Shown one piece after another: positions 7,911 through 17,461 of a stretch of DNA of 64,000 nucleotides. The DNA lies in the NCBI GenBank assembly GCA_019247515.1, contig JAFAOS010000340.1:315-64314 (forward strand), in the 5' to 3' direction. A program made the position numbers and the translations under genes. The notes beneath the pieces are model-generated. The model saw only the letters and a program-made list of their open reading frames with translations, was not told the origin of the DNA and searched no databases. This stretch comes from Chloroflexota bacterium. Lineage in GTDB: Bacteria; Chloroflexota; UBA6077; CF-72. How positions within the stretch are numbered: position 1 is the first letter of the stretch; every line of letters starts with the position of its first letter.

Positions 7911-9611
7911 TCAGACGCGGGTTGGATCGAACTGGACCTTCTGGCCAGTGCCATACTTGCGCAATGTGCCTTCGGGTCCGGTTGCGTTCGGACGTGAGAA
8001 GATCCAGTTCTGCCACGCGGACAGGCGAGCGAAGATCTTGGTTTCCATCGTTTCCGGGCCGACAAACCGATAATTCGCTTCCATGCCCGTGAGCGCGTCC
8101 GGACTGAAGCTGGAGCGCTCTTCCAGCGTCAGGCGGACTTCCTCATCCCAATCGATGTCGTCCGGCGCGAACGTCACCACACCGAGCCTCTCCGCCTCTT
8201 CGGCCAGCAGCGGCTGGCCGGAGCGCTCCATTACCGCCGACAGGCTCGCATCATCGCCGATGAAGCGCGATTGAAGGCGGGTCAGACCGCTACCCATCGA
8301 CAGCGGCCCGAGGTTCATGGCGTCGAGCGTAAGAGCCGCGGGACGTGCGTCTGAATCGAGATCCTCAAAGACGCCAGCCAGTTGGAACGAACGGTCAGCA
8401 GCGAGGGCAAGTTCGAGCAGAGAGCCAGCGAAACAACTGCCCGGCTCGATGAGGGCGATCAGACTGCGACTGGTCACGTCAAGCCGCTTCAACGTGCGTT
8501 TCAGATACAGTATGATCTCGTTGGCCAGCCAATCGCCGCGGTGCTCCAGCAGGAACTCATCGTAGCCGAGCACACGCTCGGCAGTACCGCGGGTCCGAAA
8601 GACCCACGTCCCGAGGTCCAGCTCGTTGGTGCGCAGATCGAGGATCAGATCGTCGAGCTCACGCGTCATCCCCAGCGGCCAGAATTCTGCGCCCAGCGCG
8701 TGCATGCCCGCGACGTCGGTCGGCACGTCGCGGTCGGGGCCCTGAATCGTGATCTCCACGAGGCGGCGCCCGCGGTCGAGTGACGCGGACACCCAGCGAT
8801 AGGCGATCCTGGACTCGGTGCGGTTTTTCGCCAGGCTGTCGAGGGTGATGCCACTGCCATCGGCGCGTCGAGTCGAACGGCGCGCCAGCTCCGCGGCACG
8901 CTCCGCGACGGTCTCCGACCACTTCGGACGCGGCACTACCTCGTCGACGAGGCGCCAGGCGACGGCCTTTTCGCCGCTGATGCCCTCCGAGCGCGTGGCG
9001 AAATAGTCCGCGCGGTCGCGACGAACGCCACGTTTTTCAACGACGCGGGTCAGGCCACCGGTGCCGGGCAGGACGGCGAGCAGCGGCACCTCCGGCAGCG
9101 ACACTGCCGAGGATCGATCGTCGACGAGCATGATGTGGTCGCAGGCAAGCGCCAGCTCGTAGCCACCGCCTGATGCGGTGCCGTTGAGCGCCGCCAGGTA
9201 CAGCTGACCTGAGTGGGCGGTGGCGTCCTCAATGCCATTACGCGTCTCGTTGGTGAACTTGCAGAAATTGACTTTGGACGCGTGCGAAGCCGAGGCGAGC
9301 ATACGGATGTTGGCGCCGGCGCAGAAGATGCGCGGGTTGGCACTGGTGACGATGACCACGCGTACTTCGGCGTGCTCGAAGCGCAGACGCTGCACCGCGT
9401 CATACAGCTCGATATCGACGCCAAGGTCGTAGGAGTTCAGTTTCAGCTCGTAGCCGGGCTCGAGACCAGCACGTTCGTCGACGTCCATCGCCAGCGTCGC
9501 GACCTGGCCATCGATGCTCAACCGCCAGTGGCGGTAGCCGGACGGCTCAACGCGGAAGTCGACGGGCAGGCGGCCGTGTGTCGCGTGCGGCGCTTCAGTC
9601 GGACTGGTCAA
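7911..9611 (-). CDS. boxC: 2,3-epoxybenzoyl-CoA dihydrolase / benzoyl-CoA-dihydrodiol lyase BoxC (crotonase superfamily)
   Basis: 566 aa. YRHWRLSIDGQVATLAMDVDE...GYELKLNSYDLGVDIELYDAVQRLRFEH is the BoxC signature as recalled. TTG start with GAGGAG 9 nt upstream. Lies 21 nt upstream of boxB. Confidence 0.9.
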   Translation of the reverse strand: MTSPTEAPHATHGRLPVDFRVEPSGYRHWRLSIDGQVATLAMDVDERAGLEPGYELKLNSYDLGVDIELYDAVQRLRFEHAEVRVVIVTSANPRIFCAGANIRMLASASHASKVNFCKFTNETRNGIEDATAHSGQLYLAALNGTASGGGYELALACDHIMLVDDRSSAVSLPEVPLLAVLPGTGGLTRVVEKRGVRRDRADYFATRSEGISGEKAVAWRLVDEVVPRPKWSETVAERAAELARRSTRRADGSGITLDSLAKNRTESRIAYRWVSASLDRGRRLVEITIQGPDRDVPTDVAGMHALGAEFWPLGMTRELDDLILDLRTNELDLGTWVFRTRGTAERVLGYDEFLLEHRGDWLANEIILYLKRTLKRLDVTSRSLIALIEPGSCFAGSLLELALAADRSFQLAGVFEDLDSDARPAALTLDAMNLGPLSMGSGLTRLQSRFIGDDASLSAVMERSGQPLLAEEAERLGVVTFAPDDIDWDEEVRLTLEERSSFSPDALTGMEANYRFVGPETMETKIFARLSAWQNWIFSRPNATGPEGTLRKYGTGQKVQFDPTRV

Positions 9612-9852
9612 AATTGGTGCTCCTCGAGGACCTCGTCGGAGAGTCGCGGCGTGTGCGCATCGTAGTATCTACAGGGTAACGGCTTTCCACTCGATTGACA
9701 TGTCTTACGCGGCCAACGGGGCGCTACCCCCTTTGTCCTTGGGATCTAGCGCCTGTGCGGGCGGTCTGCTTGAATGGGCGCCGCTGATCGAGGTGAGGCA
9801 CCTGTGCATGCCCCGCGCAGCGTTTGAGGCGCGGAAGGAAAGTTCGAGACGT

Positions 9853-10686
9853 ATGGCTCAGACACAGGATCGCACCGCCGCCACCGTTCCAACGGTCGAG
9901 TTCACCGAGAACTTTGTCGAGGCGGACGGATTCCGAATTCGCTATGCGGAAGCAGGCCAGGGTCACCCGGTCGTGTGGCTGCATGGTGCGGGTGGTCTGC
10001 ACTTCAAGAACGGACACCATCTGCTGGCCGCCACCCACCGCGTGATTGGAATCGAGATGCCCGGCTTCGGTGAGTCGGCCCTCAATGAGCGACACCAGAC
10101 CTCGCGCGACATGTCCGTGACGCTCGCTCACGCGGCCGCCGCTCTGGGTTTGGACCACTACATCCTCTGGGGCACCTCGTTCGGCGGGCGCATCGCCTTG
10201 TGGTTGGCGCTGCAAACGCGTGAGGCGATCGACAAGATTGTGCTCGAGGCGCCGATCGCCATCCTGCCCGAGGGCCACCAGCCTCCGCGCGATAGCTCAC
10301 CGGACGACTTCCTCAGGCGCTTCTACGCCCATCCCGAGCGAATGACACCCACCGCGCCGACCGATCAGGCGCTGATGCAGAAACAAATGGGGCTGGTCAT
10401 GCGGTTGCTCGGACCCACGTCACGGGATGCGGAGCTCGAGCGCCGCATGCCCGAGATTCAGACGCCGACACTGGTGCTGATCGGCACGCGCGACGGCGTC
10501 GTGTCTCCAGAGTGGGGCCGCCAGTATATGCGCCTGCTGCCCAACTGCAACTTCATGCTGGTCTACGACGCGGCGCATGAAATCGCCTCAGACCGCCCCG
10601 AAGCCTTCGTCGAGACGGTCTGGGATTTTCTGCAGCGCGGCGACGCCTTCGTGGTCGGTCAGCGCAGCACGGTCATATTTCCCTGA
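9853..10686 (+). CDS. Alpha/beta hydrolase (meta-cleavage-product/ester hydrolase-like), paralogue 1
   Basis: Start at the internal ATG 9853 of ORF 9700-10686. HGAGGLH oxyanion region, GTSFGG nucleophile elbow and a late AAHE His. Alignable end to end with 20274-21098. Confidence 0.8.
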   Translation: MAQTQDRTAATVPTVEFTENFVEADGFRIRYAEAGQGHPVVWLHGAGGLHFKNGHHLLAATHRVIGIEMPGFGESALNERHQTSRDMSVTLAHAAAALGLDHYILWGTSFGGRIALWLALQTREAIDKIVLEAPIAILPEGHQPPRDSSPDDFLRRFYAHPERMTPTAPTDQALMQKQMGLVMRLLGPTSRDAELERRMPEIQTPTLVLIGTRDGVVSPEWGRQYMRLLPNCNFMLVYDAAHEIASDRPEAFVETVWDFLQRGDAFVVGQRSTVIFP

Positions 10687-11773
10687 TTTGCGGGATCACC
10701 TTCGTCCCAAACAGCTCCACCGAGCGCAGCATTTTCTCATAGGGCAGAGCTGGCCCCTGGAACACCAGGTCGACCACGCCTACTCCGGTGGCAGCCTGCA
10801 TCTCCTTGAGCTGGCGAACCACGGTGTCTGGGCTGCCCCAGAAGTTGACCATGCCGATCGGGTTGCGAGGGGGTGGTGGAGCACCATTTCCGCCGGCGGC
10901 TGAGGGTGGTGGCCCCGGAAACGGCGCGCCTTGGGACACCAGCTCGCGCAGCACCGACTCCTTCGGCGTGAGTTTCACGCCACCGCCCATGAAGCCTTCG
11001 CCCAGGTCGCGCTCAGCCTCTTCATCCGTTTCGGCCACGTAGCACCAACCGCGGTACAGCAACTCGTCGGCGCTGGGTGTCCAGCCCATACGCTGCGCTT
11101 CCTCTTTATAGACCGCGAACTGCTGCGCGGCGATGCCCGGGGGCGTGAACGAGACTGCGCCGCCGAGTTTGTGGCGCGCGCCGAAGACCGCGGACTCGCG
11201 GCTGGCGGCCGACATGAACACCGGCGGATGCGGTTGCTGCACCGGCCGCGGCCAGATGGAGACCTCGCGGAACTCGAAATGGCGACCAACCCAGCCGAAC
11301 GGCTGCGGCTCGGTCCACGCCTTCAGGATGATCTCGATGCCTTCTTCGTACAGCGCGCGTGTCTCGTTCGGTTTGGTGCTATAGGTGAGGAATTCGTTCG
11401 GCGTGCCGCGCAGCAGACCGGCAACCACCTTTCCGCCACTCAGATTGTCGAGCATGGCGAACTCTTCGGCCACGCGTACGGGATTCGTCAGAGGCAGCGT
11501 CGGCCCGAGCAGGGCGATCCTGGCGCGCGTCAGGTGCTGGCTGACCGCGGCGGCGAGCAGGATCGGGTTTGGCGACAAACTCGAGCTCGAGTAGTGGTGC
11601 TCCGAACAGGCGACCCAATCGAATCCGACGCGGTCGGCGAGTTTGGCCACCTCCATGCCCACCTGGTGTGCACGGGTTCCGTGTTCCGGATTCCAGCGTT
11701 CGCCCGGTATCGGCCAGTCAGACCGCAGCTCCGGATCCAGGTACGTGAACGTGCAGAAAATGGAAGTCTTCAC
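10673..11773 (-). CDS. LLM class flavin-dependent oxidoreductase, paralogue of 19151-20257
   Basis: ORF 10673-12208 trimmed to the GTG at 11773. Upstream residues are Arg/Pro-rich with no homology, and the longer ORF would overlap the divergent gene at 12071. FDWVACSEHHYS, RIALLGPTLPLTNPVRVAEEFAMLD. Confidence 0.8.
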   Translation of the reverse strand: MKTSIFCTFTYLDPELRSDWPIPGERWNPEHGTRAHQVGMEVAKLADRVGFDWVACSEHHYSSSSLSPNPILLAAAVSQHLTRARIALLGPTLPLTNPVRVAEEFAMLDNLSGGKVVAGLLRGTPNEFLTYSTKPNETRALYEEGIEIILKAWTEPQPFGWVGRHFEFREVSIWPRPVQQPHPPVFMSAASRESAVFGARHKLGGAVSFTPPGIAAQQFAVYKEEAQRMGWTPSADELLYRGWCYVAETDEEAERDLGEGFMGGGVKLTPKESVLRELVSQGAPFPGPPPSAAGGNGAPPPPRNPIGMVNFWGSPDTVVRQLKEMQAATGVGVVDLVFQGPALPYEKMLRSVELFGTKVIPQIREI

Positions 11774-12031
11774 AGAACCCCTTCTGGGCCTCGCAACTTG
11801 CGCCCGACCGCAGGCATGCGCGGCGGTCGTCATCACGACCCGCACCAGTGTAACCATCGGAACCTGGTTCGGATACGCCCCGGCCGATGCCGAACGGGGG
11901 ACGCCGATCATCCCGCCCAGGGCTGCCGCCTGACGACCGCGACTGCCACGGCGCGCTGGGTGATCAGCATCCGGGATCTCGACTGAGGACACGCGCTGAT
12001 TCCCTGATCCTCTCGGGGGCGTACACTCCGC

Positions 12032-12049
12032 CTGTTTCGATCGAAACAG
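12032..12049. promoter_or_regulatory. Perfect 18-bp palindrome CTGTTTCGATCGAAACAG, candidate operator or 5' UTR hairpin
   Basis: Read directly from the sequence. It lies in the 297-bp divergent gap between LLM (start 11773, minus) and the CoA-transferase (start 12071), immediately before the AAGGGGA Shine-Dalgarno at 12053-12059. Confidence 0.4.
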
Positions 12050-12070
12050 CATAAGGGGAGCTATCCAGCA

Positions 12071-14398
12071 ATGGGCGGAGCGCTGCAGGGCATTCGCGTC
12101 GTCGACTTCGGGCAGTACCTGGCTGGCCCGCTGCTGGCAGTCATGCTCGCCGACCATGGCGCGGACGTGATTCGGGTCGATCCGCCTGGCGGCCCGCGAT
12201 GGAAACACCCCGCGAATGCCATGCTGCAGCGAGGCAAACGCAGCATTGTGCTCAACCTCAAGTCCGCTTCGGGCCGCTCCACGGCCGAGCGCCTCGCCGC
12301 GACCGCTGACATCGTCGTGGAGAATTTCCGGCCCGGCGTGATGGACCGACTCGGCGTCGGCGCGAGCGCCATGCTGGATCGTTGGCCGCGGCTGATCTAC
12401 TGTTCGTTACCGGGCTTTGGCAAGGATGACCCGCGCGCCGGTATGCGCGGCTGGGAAGGCGTGGTCTGCGCCGCGGCGGGCGTGTACCACCCGAGCGTGC
12501 GTCACCCGCCAGACGAAAGTCCAGCGTTCAACGCCATCCCGTTCGCCTCGAGTTACGCGGCCGCGATTGCCAGCCACACGGTCATGGCCGCCCTGATTGC
12601 GCGGCAGAGGGATGGCCTGGGGCAACGGATCGAAGTGCCGCTGTTCGACGCGCTCTTCGAGCTTCAGGGTCACTACGGCCAGAAGCTGCCGGGATCGTCG
12701 CGTCCGATGCCCAGGCCCGGCGCCGGCAACTTCGCGCCGGTCGGACATTTCCTCTGTGCTGACGGGCGCTGGGTTCATCTCGGACAGGTGCAGGAGCACC
12801 ATTACCGCTGGTTCACTCAGAAATTTATGCCAGCCGAGGCGCTCGCGCGCGGCCTGGGAGATTCGGCTCGCTTGCGCACGGACCCGGCGCTCAATGTGGA
12901 GGCGCTGCGTGTCCTGGCGGAGATCTTCAAGGCGCGGACCGCTTCGGAGTGGGAGCTCGCGATCAACCACGAGACCGGCGCGTGCACAGGGGTGTGTCAG
13001 ACAACAGAGGAGTGGCTCCACTCCGACGAGCACGCGCGCGAGTGCCGCGCGGTCATTTCACTGGTCGATCCCGAGTATGGGCCCACTTACCAGGCGGGCT
13101 ATCCCGTCTGGCTGAGCCGCACGCCACCTGAAGCGCAAGGCCCCAGGCACGCGCTAGATGCCGACCGCGCCGAGATCGTCGCCGAACTTGAATCGCCGCG
13201 TGCCGCGCTCGACGCTCCTCGCGCCAGCGATACCCGACCCGTATTGGCAGGCTACCGAGCCATCGACGTCAGTCAGGTCCTGGCGGGGCCAACTGCCACC
13301 CGCGTGCTCGCCGAGTACGGCATGGACGTGATCAAGGTCAACAGCCCGCTTGACAATCAGCTTGGTCTCCACCTGCACACCAACGGCGGCAAGCGCAGCA
13401 TGCTGCTGGACCTCAAAACCTCGGAAGGTAAAGAGATCCTGCATCGCCTGGCCGCAACCGTCGACGTCTTTCATCAGAACTTTACACGCGGTGTCGCCGA
13501 GCGCCTCGGCTGTGGTGAGCCAGCGATCCGTCGCATTCGGCCCGACGTTGTGTACTCGACCATCAGCGCCTTCGGGCAGGCGGGTTTTCGCTCGGGCTGG
13601 CGCGGTCGGGAGGAGCTCGGGCAAGCGGTGACGGGTGCGCAGTTGCGCTGGGGCGGCGATGAGGAGCCGCTCATGCAGGTGTACGCGCTCAACGACTTCG
13701 GCACGGGCCATTACAGCGCCTTCGGGATTCTGGTGGGGCTCTACCACCGGCTTCAGACCGGCGATGGTCAGCAGGTACACGCCTCACTCGCGCAGACGTG
13801 CACATACATGCAGATTCCGTTCATGGTCGGCCACGAGGGTCGGCTCTGGGACGAGCCACGCGGCCAGCACGTCAAGGGTTGGGGACCGCTCGACCGGCTG
13901 TACCAGGCCAGCGATCGCTGCTTTTACGTGGCGGCTCAATCAGCGTCGGAGCTGAAAAATGTGGAGGGTCTCCGTGGCGTGGAAGGCCTGGGCGGGCCCG
14001 CGCTCGAGGCGGAGCTCACTTCCCGCTTCCTGCAACAGCCGGCGACCACCTGGGTAAAGCGCCTTGTCGCGGCGGGAGTCGCGGCCAGCATCAACTTCGA
14101 ATTCTCCGCGGAGGTGATGGAGGACCCCGACGTCAAACGGCGTGGCTTGAGCCTCGTACGCCAGCACGCGGAGGTCGGGGAGGTGCGCTCCATCGCGCCC
14201 AGCCGGAGACTTTCGCGTACGCCTGCGCGGCCATCGTTTGCCGCCCCGCCCGCTGGCTGGCACACACGCGAGCTGGTCGAGGAAGCAGGTCTGGGCGACG
14301 AGTTCCAACAGCTTTTGTCCAGAGGCGTGTTGGCGGAGCGCCAGCCCGAAGGCATCTCACCCGTCGGCCAGCTCGTCGCCGTGCCGACAACCAGATGA
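12071..14398 (+). CDS. Tandem fusion of two family III (CaiB/BaiF) CoA-transferase domains
   Basis: 775 aa. The first domain starts LQGIRVVDFGQYLAGPLLAVMLADHGADVIRVDPP. The second starts about aa 395 with LAGYRAIDVSQVLAGPTATRVLAEYGMDVIKVNSP. Both are classic family III N-termini. Confidence 0.85.
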   Translation: MGGALQGIRVVDFGQYLAGPLLAVMLADHGADVIRVDPPGGPRWKHPANAMLQRGKRSIVLNLKSASGRSTAERLAATADIVVENFRPGVMDRLGVGASAMLDRWPRLIYCSLPGFGKDDPRAGMRGWEGVVCAAAGVYHPSVRHPPDESPAFNAIPFASSYAAAIASHTVMAALIARQRDGLGQRIEVPLFDALFELQGHYGQKLPGSSRPMPRPGAGNFAPVGHFLCADGRWVHLGQVQEHHYRWFTQKFMPAEALARGLGDSARLRTDPALNVEALRVLAEIFKARTASEWELAINHETGACTGVCQTTEEWLHSDEHARECRAVISLVDPEYGPTYQAGYPVWLSRTPPEAQGPRHALDADRAEIVAELESPRAALDAPRASDTRPVLAGYRAIDVSQVLAGPTATRVLAEYGMDVIKVNSPLDNQLGLHLHTNGGKRSMLLDLKTSEGKEILHRLAATVDVFHQNFTRGVAERLGCGEPAIRRIRPDVVYSTISAFGQAGFRSGWRGREELGQAVTGAQLRWGGDEEPLMQVYALNDFGTGHYSAFGILVGLYHRLQTGDGQQVHASLAQTCTYMQIPFMVGHEGRLWDEPRGQHVKGWGPLDRLYQASDRCFYVAAQSASELKNVEGLRGVEGLGGPALEAELTSRFLQQPATTWVKRLVAAGVAASINFEFSAEVMEDPDVKRRGLSLVRQHAEVGEVRSIAPSRRLSRTPARPSFAAPPAGWHTRELVEEAGLGDEFQQLLSRGVLAERQPEGISPVGQLVAVPTTR

Positions 14399-14424
14399 GT
14401 AAGCAGGGGGAGGCATTTGCCTGA

Positions 14425-16086
14425 ATGATCACACGTCGTCGTGCACTGCGGGCCTTCAGCCTCACCGGCGCGGCAGCCCTCCTCGCGGCCTGCGGTCCGG
14501 CAGCCCCGAGTCCAGGCCCGACCTCGGTACCGACTGCCGCGCCCCCGCCGACCACGGCGCCTGCGGCCGCAACGCAGACACCCGCCGTCGCCGCGAAGCC
14601 AACCGTTCCCGCAACTGCGCAGCCCACGAGCGCGGCAGCCGCCGCAAGTGGCCAGCAGCCGAAGCGCGGTGGCAACCTGACCAGCACGTCTTTGCCGCTT
14701 GCGCGACTGGATGCGCACTGCTTCTGTGGCGGTGACGCGTTCCTCGGTATCTGGGACACGCTGATCGGCTACGACGACAAATCCCAGCCGATGCCGAACC
14801 TGGTGCAGAGTTGGGAGGCCAACCAGCAGCTGACGCAGATAACCCTGAGCCTGCGCCAGGGGGTCCTGTTCCACTCCGGCAGAGAGCTCACCAGCGAGGA
14901 CGTGAAGTACAACTTCACGCGAACAATGGACGCAGCCAAGGCGCCCATTTACTCCGGCTTTGTTCGCCCGTTCCTCGACAGCGTCGAGACCCCTGATAAG
15001 TACACGGCGGTGGTGAAGACCAGGCAGCCCTGGCCTGGTGTGTGGGACTTCCTCCGCTTCTTGTGGATCACGGATTCCGAAGCTGACCAGAAGCAGGCTG
15101 ACAGCGATCGCGCCGTCGGGACGGGCCCGTTCGTGCTGCAGGAGTACGCTCAGAGCGATCACGCGGTCCTGGTTCGCAACGACAAATACTGGCAAAGTGC
15201 TGTTCCCTACCTGGATCAGATTACGATGCGCTTTTTCACCGATCCCCAGGCGTTGCTGGTCGCTTTCGACTCGGGTGCGGTGGACATCGTGGTCAACCCG
15301 CTCGCCCGCGATCTGCAGCGCTACCTGAATGACCAGAACGTCAACGTGTATCGCCCGTCAGTGCCGATCAACTACCGCGGCTACGTGGCCCACTCGAAGA
15401 ATCCACCAACGTCCGAGAAAACGTTCCGCCAGGCGCTGTCCTACGCCCTCGACCGTGAGCGCGCCAATCAGACGGTGTGGCAAGGTCTGGGGACGCCGAT
15501 GACGCTGCTATGGAACAGCGCCAACGTCGCCTACGACGCCGCCAAAGACAAAGCGTATGCGTTCGATCTCGACAAAGCGAAGTCGCTCGTCCAGCAGTCG
15601 GGTGTGACTGACACGTCGATCGAGATCGAGTACAGTGCCAACTCTCCGGACGATGCGCAGGTGGCGCAGATCTGGCAGCAGGACCTGGCCAAAATCGGTG
15701 TCAACGCCACCCTCCGCTCACAGGAGCAAGCGGTCTGGTTCCAGCGCTACAACACCCAGGCCTACAAGAGCATATCGATGGTGCTGGCACCGACGCTGCC
15801 GTGGAATCCGGCGAGCGTGCTGGGTGGCCCATATACCAAGCCGGACGGGAACGCGGCCGCATTCGAGTCGCCTGAATGGACCGACGTCGTGAGGAGGATC
15901 CAGACCGAGGCAGATCCGGCGCAGCAGAAGGTGCTGTACGCGCAAATGAACGACTATCTGCTGGATCAGGCCTTTCATCTGACCTGGGGCGCGCAGCCGC
16001 TGGCCACGATCACGCCGAAGAAGGTGCAAGGTGTCGAACTGAACCCGTTCCCAACGGCTCCCTACAACCGCACCTGGCTTGCATGA
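14425..16086 (+). CDS. ABC-type substrate-binding lipoprotein, family 5 (peptide/nickel/opine type), Tat signal
   Basis: MITRRRALRAFSLTGAAALLAACG gives a twin-Arg motif plus a lipobox Cys. A Pro/Ala/Thr linker follows, then a family 5 SBP body. No permease or ATPase gene adjacent. Confidence 0.85.
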   Translation: MITRRRALRAFSLTGAAALLAACGPAAPSPGPTSVPTAAPPPTTAPAAATQTPAVAAKPTVPATAQPTSAAAAASGQQPKRGGNLTSTSLPLARLDAHCFCGGDAFLGIWDTLIGYDDKSQPMPNLVQSWEANQQLTQITLSLRQGVLFHSGRELTSEDVKYNFTRTMDAAKAPIYSGFVRPFLDSVETPDKYTAVVKTRQPWPGVWDFLRFLWITDSEADQKQADSDRAVGTGPFVLQEYAQSDHAVLVRNDKYWQSAVPYLDQITMRFFTDPQALLVAFDSGAVDIVVNPLARDLQRYLNDQNVNVYRPSVPINYRGYVAHSKNPPTSEKTFRQALSYALDRERANQTVWQGLGTPMTLLWNSANVAYDAAKDKAYAFDLDKAKSLVQQSGVTDTSIEIEYSANSPDDAQVAQIWQQDLAKIGVNATLRSQEQAVWFQRYNTQAYKSISMVLAPTLPWNPASVLGGPYTKPDGNAAAFESPEWTDVVRRIQTEADPAQQKVLYAQMNDYLLDQAFHLTWGAQPLATITPKKVQGVELNPFPTAPYNRTWLA

Positions 16087-16363
16087 CGATAACCCTCAGC
16101 CGCGAGGATCAGCGTAACCGTCACGTGCGCGTGGAGGACTGACTCCATTGGCGCACTTCCGGGCCCGTTCGGGGCCATCCACGCGATCCGGCCAGGCCAT
16201 CACGCCCGGCGAGGATCGCTTCCAGATACTCGCCAATGTCTCGCCAATCGGCATTTTCGTTCGATCGGCCATTGGACCACACTGAAGTGGTCGCACCAGA
16301 GCCGCGACCATTGCCGTATTTCAATCTCGGAGAATTCGAATAACCGCGCTGGGAGAAGAATAG

Positions 16364-17461
16364 ATGCGCTTTTCGATCATCGGCGCGCCCCGACAGCGCT
16401 ACGATCTCGGCGAAACCGCCGCGCAGGCCTGGTGGGACTTCGTCGAGGATGCCGTGCTGGCCGATCAACTCGGTTTTGACGCGATCTACACCGGTGAGCA
16501 CCACTTCTGTTTCGCGTCTGGCAACTCTTCGCCGCTTGTGCTGTTGACGCACATCGCCGCACGCACCGAACGCATCCGTGTTGGCACGTCGGTGATCTGC
16601 GCACCCTTTCACAATCCGCTGCGCCTGGCGGAGGACATCGCGGCCGTCGATATCGTCTCCAGGGGTCGCTTCGACCTGGGTATCGGCGTTGGCTCGCAAT
16701 GGGAGGAGTTCCAGACGTTCGGCATCAAGCCGAAGGAGCGCGTCGGACGAACCTGGGAGATCATCGACATCATCGAGCGCTGCCTCCACGGCAAGGAGGA
16801 GACGTTTGATTGGGAGGGCAAATACTACCATTTTCCGGGCGTACGCTGGATCATGCAGCCTGTCCAGAAGCGGATTCCCATCCTCTGGGGAGGCTTCGGC
16901 CCCCAGAGCGTCGCGCGCGCGGCGGAGCGCGCCTACCACCTGATCGCCTTCGACGTCACCGGCGCCTACGAGCGAGTCATGCGCGAACACGGTCGCCGCC
17001 CGGAAGACTACCTCATCGGCTTCGTCAACCGCATCAGCATCGGCAGCACACGCGAAAAGGCCTTCGAGGCCGTCGCGGAGCCGTGCACCTGGACGAGCAA
17101 CCAGTACGCGTTGCGGCCTGACCTGGAGGGCAATAAGCCGCCTGAGTCCGCCGCCTTCAGCGTCGAGGACATTCGTCGCGCCTGGCAGCAGGGCAGCTTC
17201 CGCGGTGGGCCATTCTCGGTGCCAATCGCGGGGACGGTCGAAGAAGTGACCGAGCATTTCCTAAAAATTGTGCGCGGAGAGATGGGACTCATCACGCATG
17301 TTGGCTTGCAGGTCCGTGAGCCAGGCACAAAGACCGAGGACGTGCACCGCACGATGACCCTCTTCGCGCAGGAGATATTGCCGGTCCTCAGGGCGGAGGC
17401 GGCCAGAGTTGAGACACAGCGCAAGGCCAGCGGCCAGGTCGCTTCGGCCGGAGCACCGTAG
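16364..17461 (+). CDS. LLM class flavin-dependent oxidoreductase
   Basis: 365 aa. LGFDAIYTGEHHF, RIRVGTSVICAPFHNPLRLAEDIAAVDIVSRGRFDLGIGVG. Confidence 0.85.
   Translation: MRFSIIGAPRQRYDLGETAAQAWWDFVEDAVLADQLGFDAIYTGEHHFCFASGNSSPLVLLTHIAARTERIRVGTSVICAPFHNPLRLAEDIAAVDIVSRGRFDLGIGVGSQWEEFQTFGIKPKERVGRTWEIIDIIERCLHGKEETFDWEGKYYHFPGVRWIMQPVQKRIPILWGGFGPQSVARAAERAYHLIAFDVTGAYERVMREHGRRPEDYLIGFVNRISIGSTREKAFEAVAEPCTWTSNQYALRPDLEGNKPPESAAFSVEDIRRAWQQGSFRGGPFSVPIAGTVEEVTEHFLKIVRGEMGLITHVGLQVREPGTKTEDVHRTMTLFAQEILPVLRAEAARVETQRKASGQVASAGAP

Noticed and set aside
9700-9852. N-terminal extensions offered by the ORF track, e.g. 9700 for the hydrolase, 12208 for the LLM, 20061 for hydrolase 2, 27663 for the ATP-grasp fusion, 49112 for the secreted protein and 59408 for Lon
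   Set aside because: The extensions lack homology to the paralogues. They are Arg/Ser/Cys-rich and would overlap neighbouring genes or divergent promoters. Internal starts with better context were used instead.
16225-16237. 13-mer GATACTCGCCAAT repeated at 16225-16237 and 17535-17547 (with a third CTCGCCAAT at 16240-16248), considered as a possible small repeat element or regulatory box
   Set aside because: My rough estimate is that dozens of shared 13-mers are expected by chance in 64 kb counting both strands, more with biased composition. The flanks do not align, so I cannot support a repeat family.
16121-17257. 378-aa minus-strand ORF overlapping the LLM gene 16364-17461
   Set aside because: It is antisense to a gene with clear LLM motifs, and no motif of its own was recognised. 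The same reasoning applies to 10931-11986(+), 13936-15195(-), 18150-19154(+), 20166-21299(-) and 33165-34490(-).
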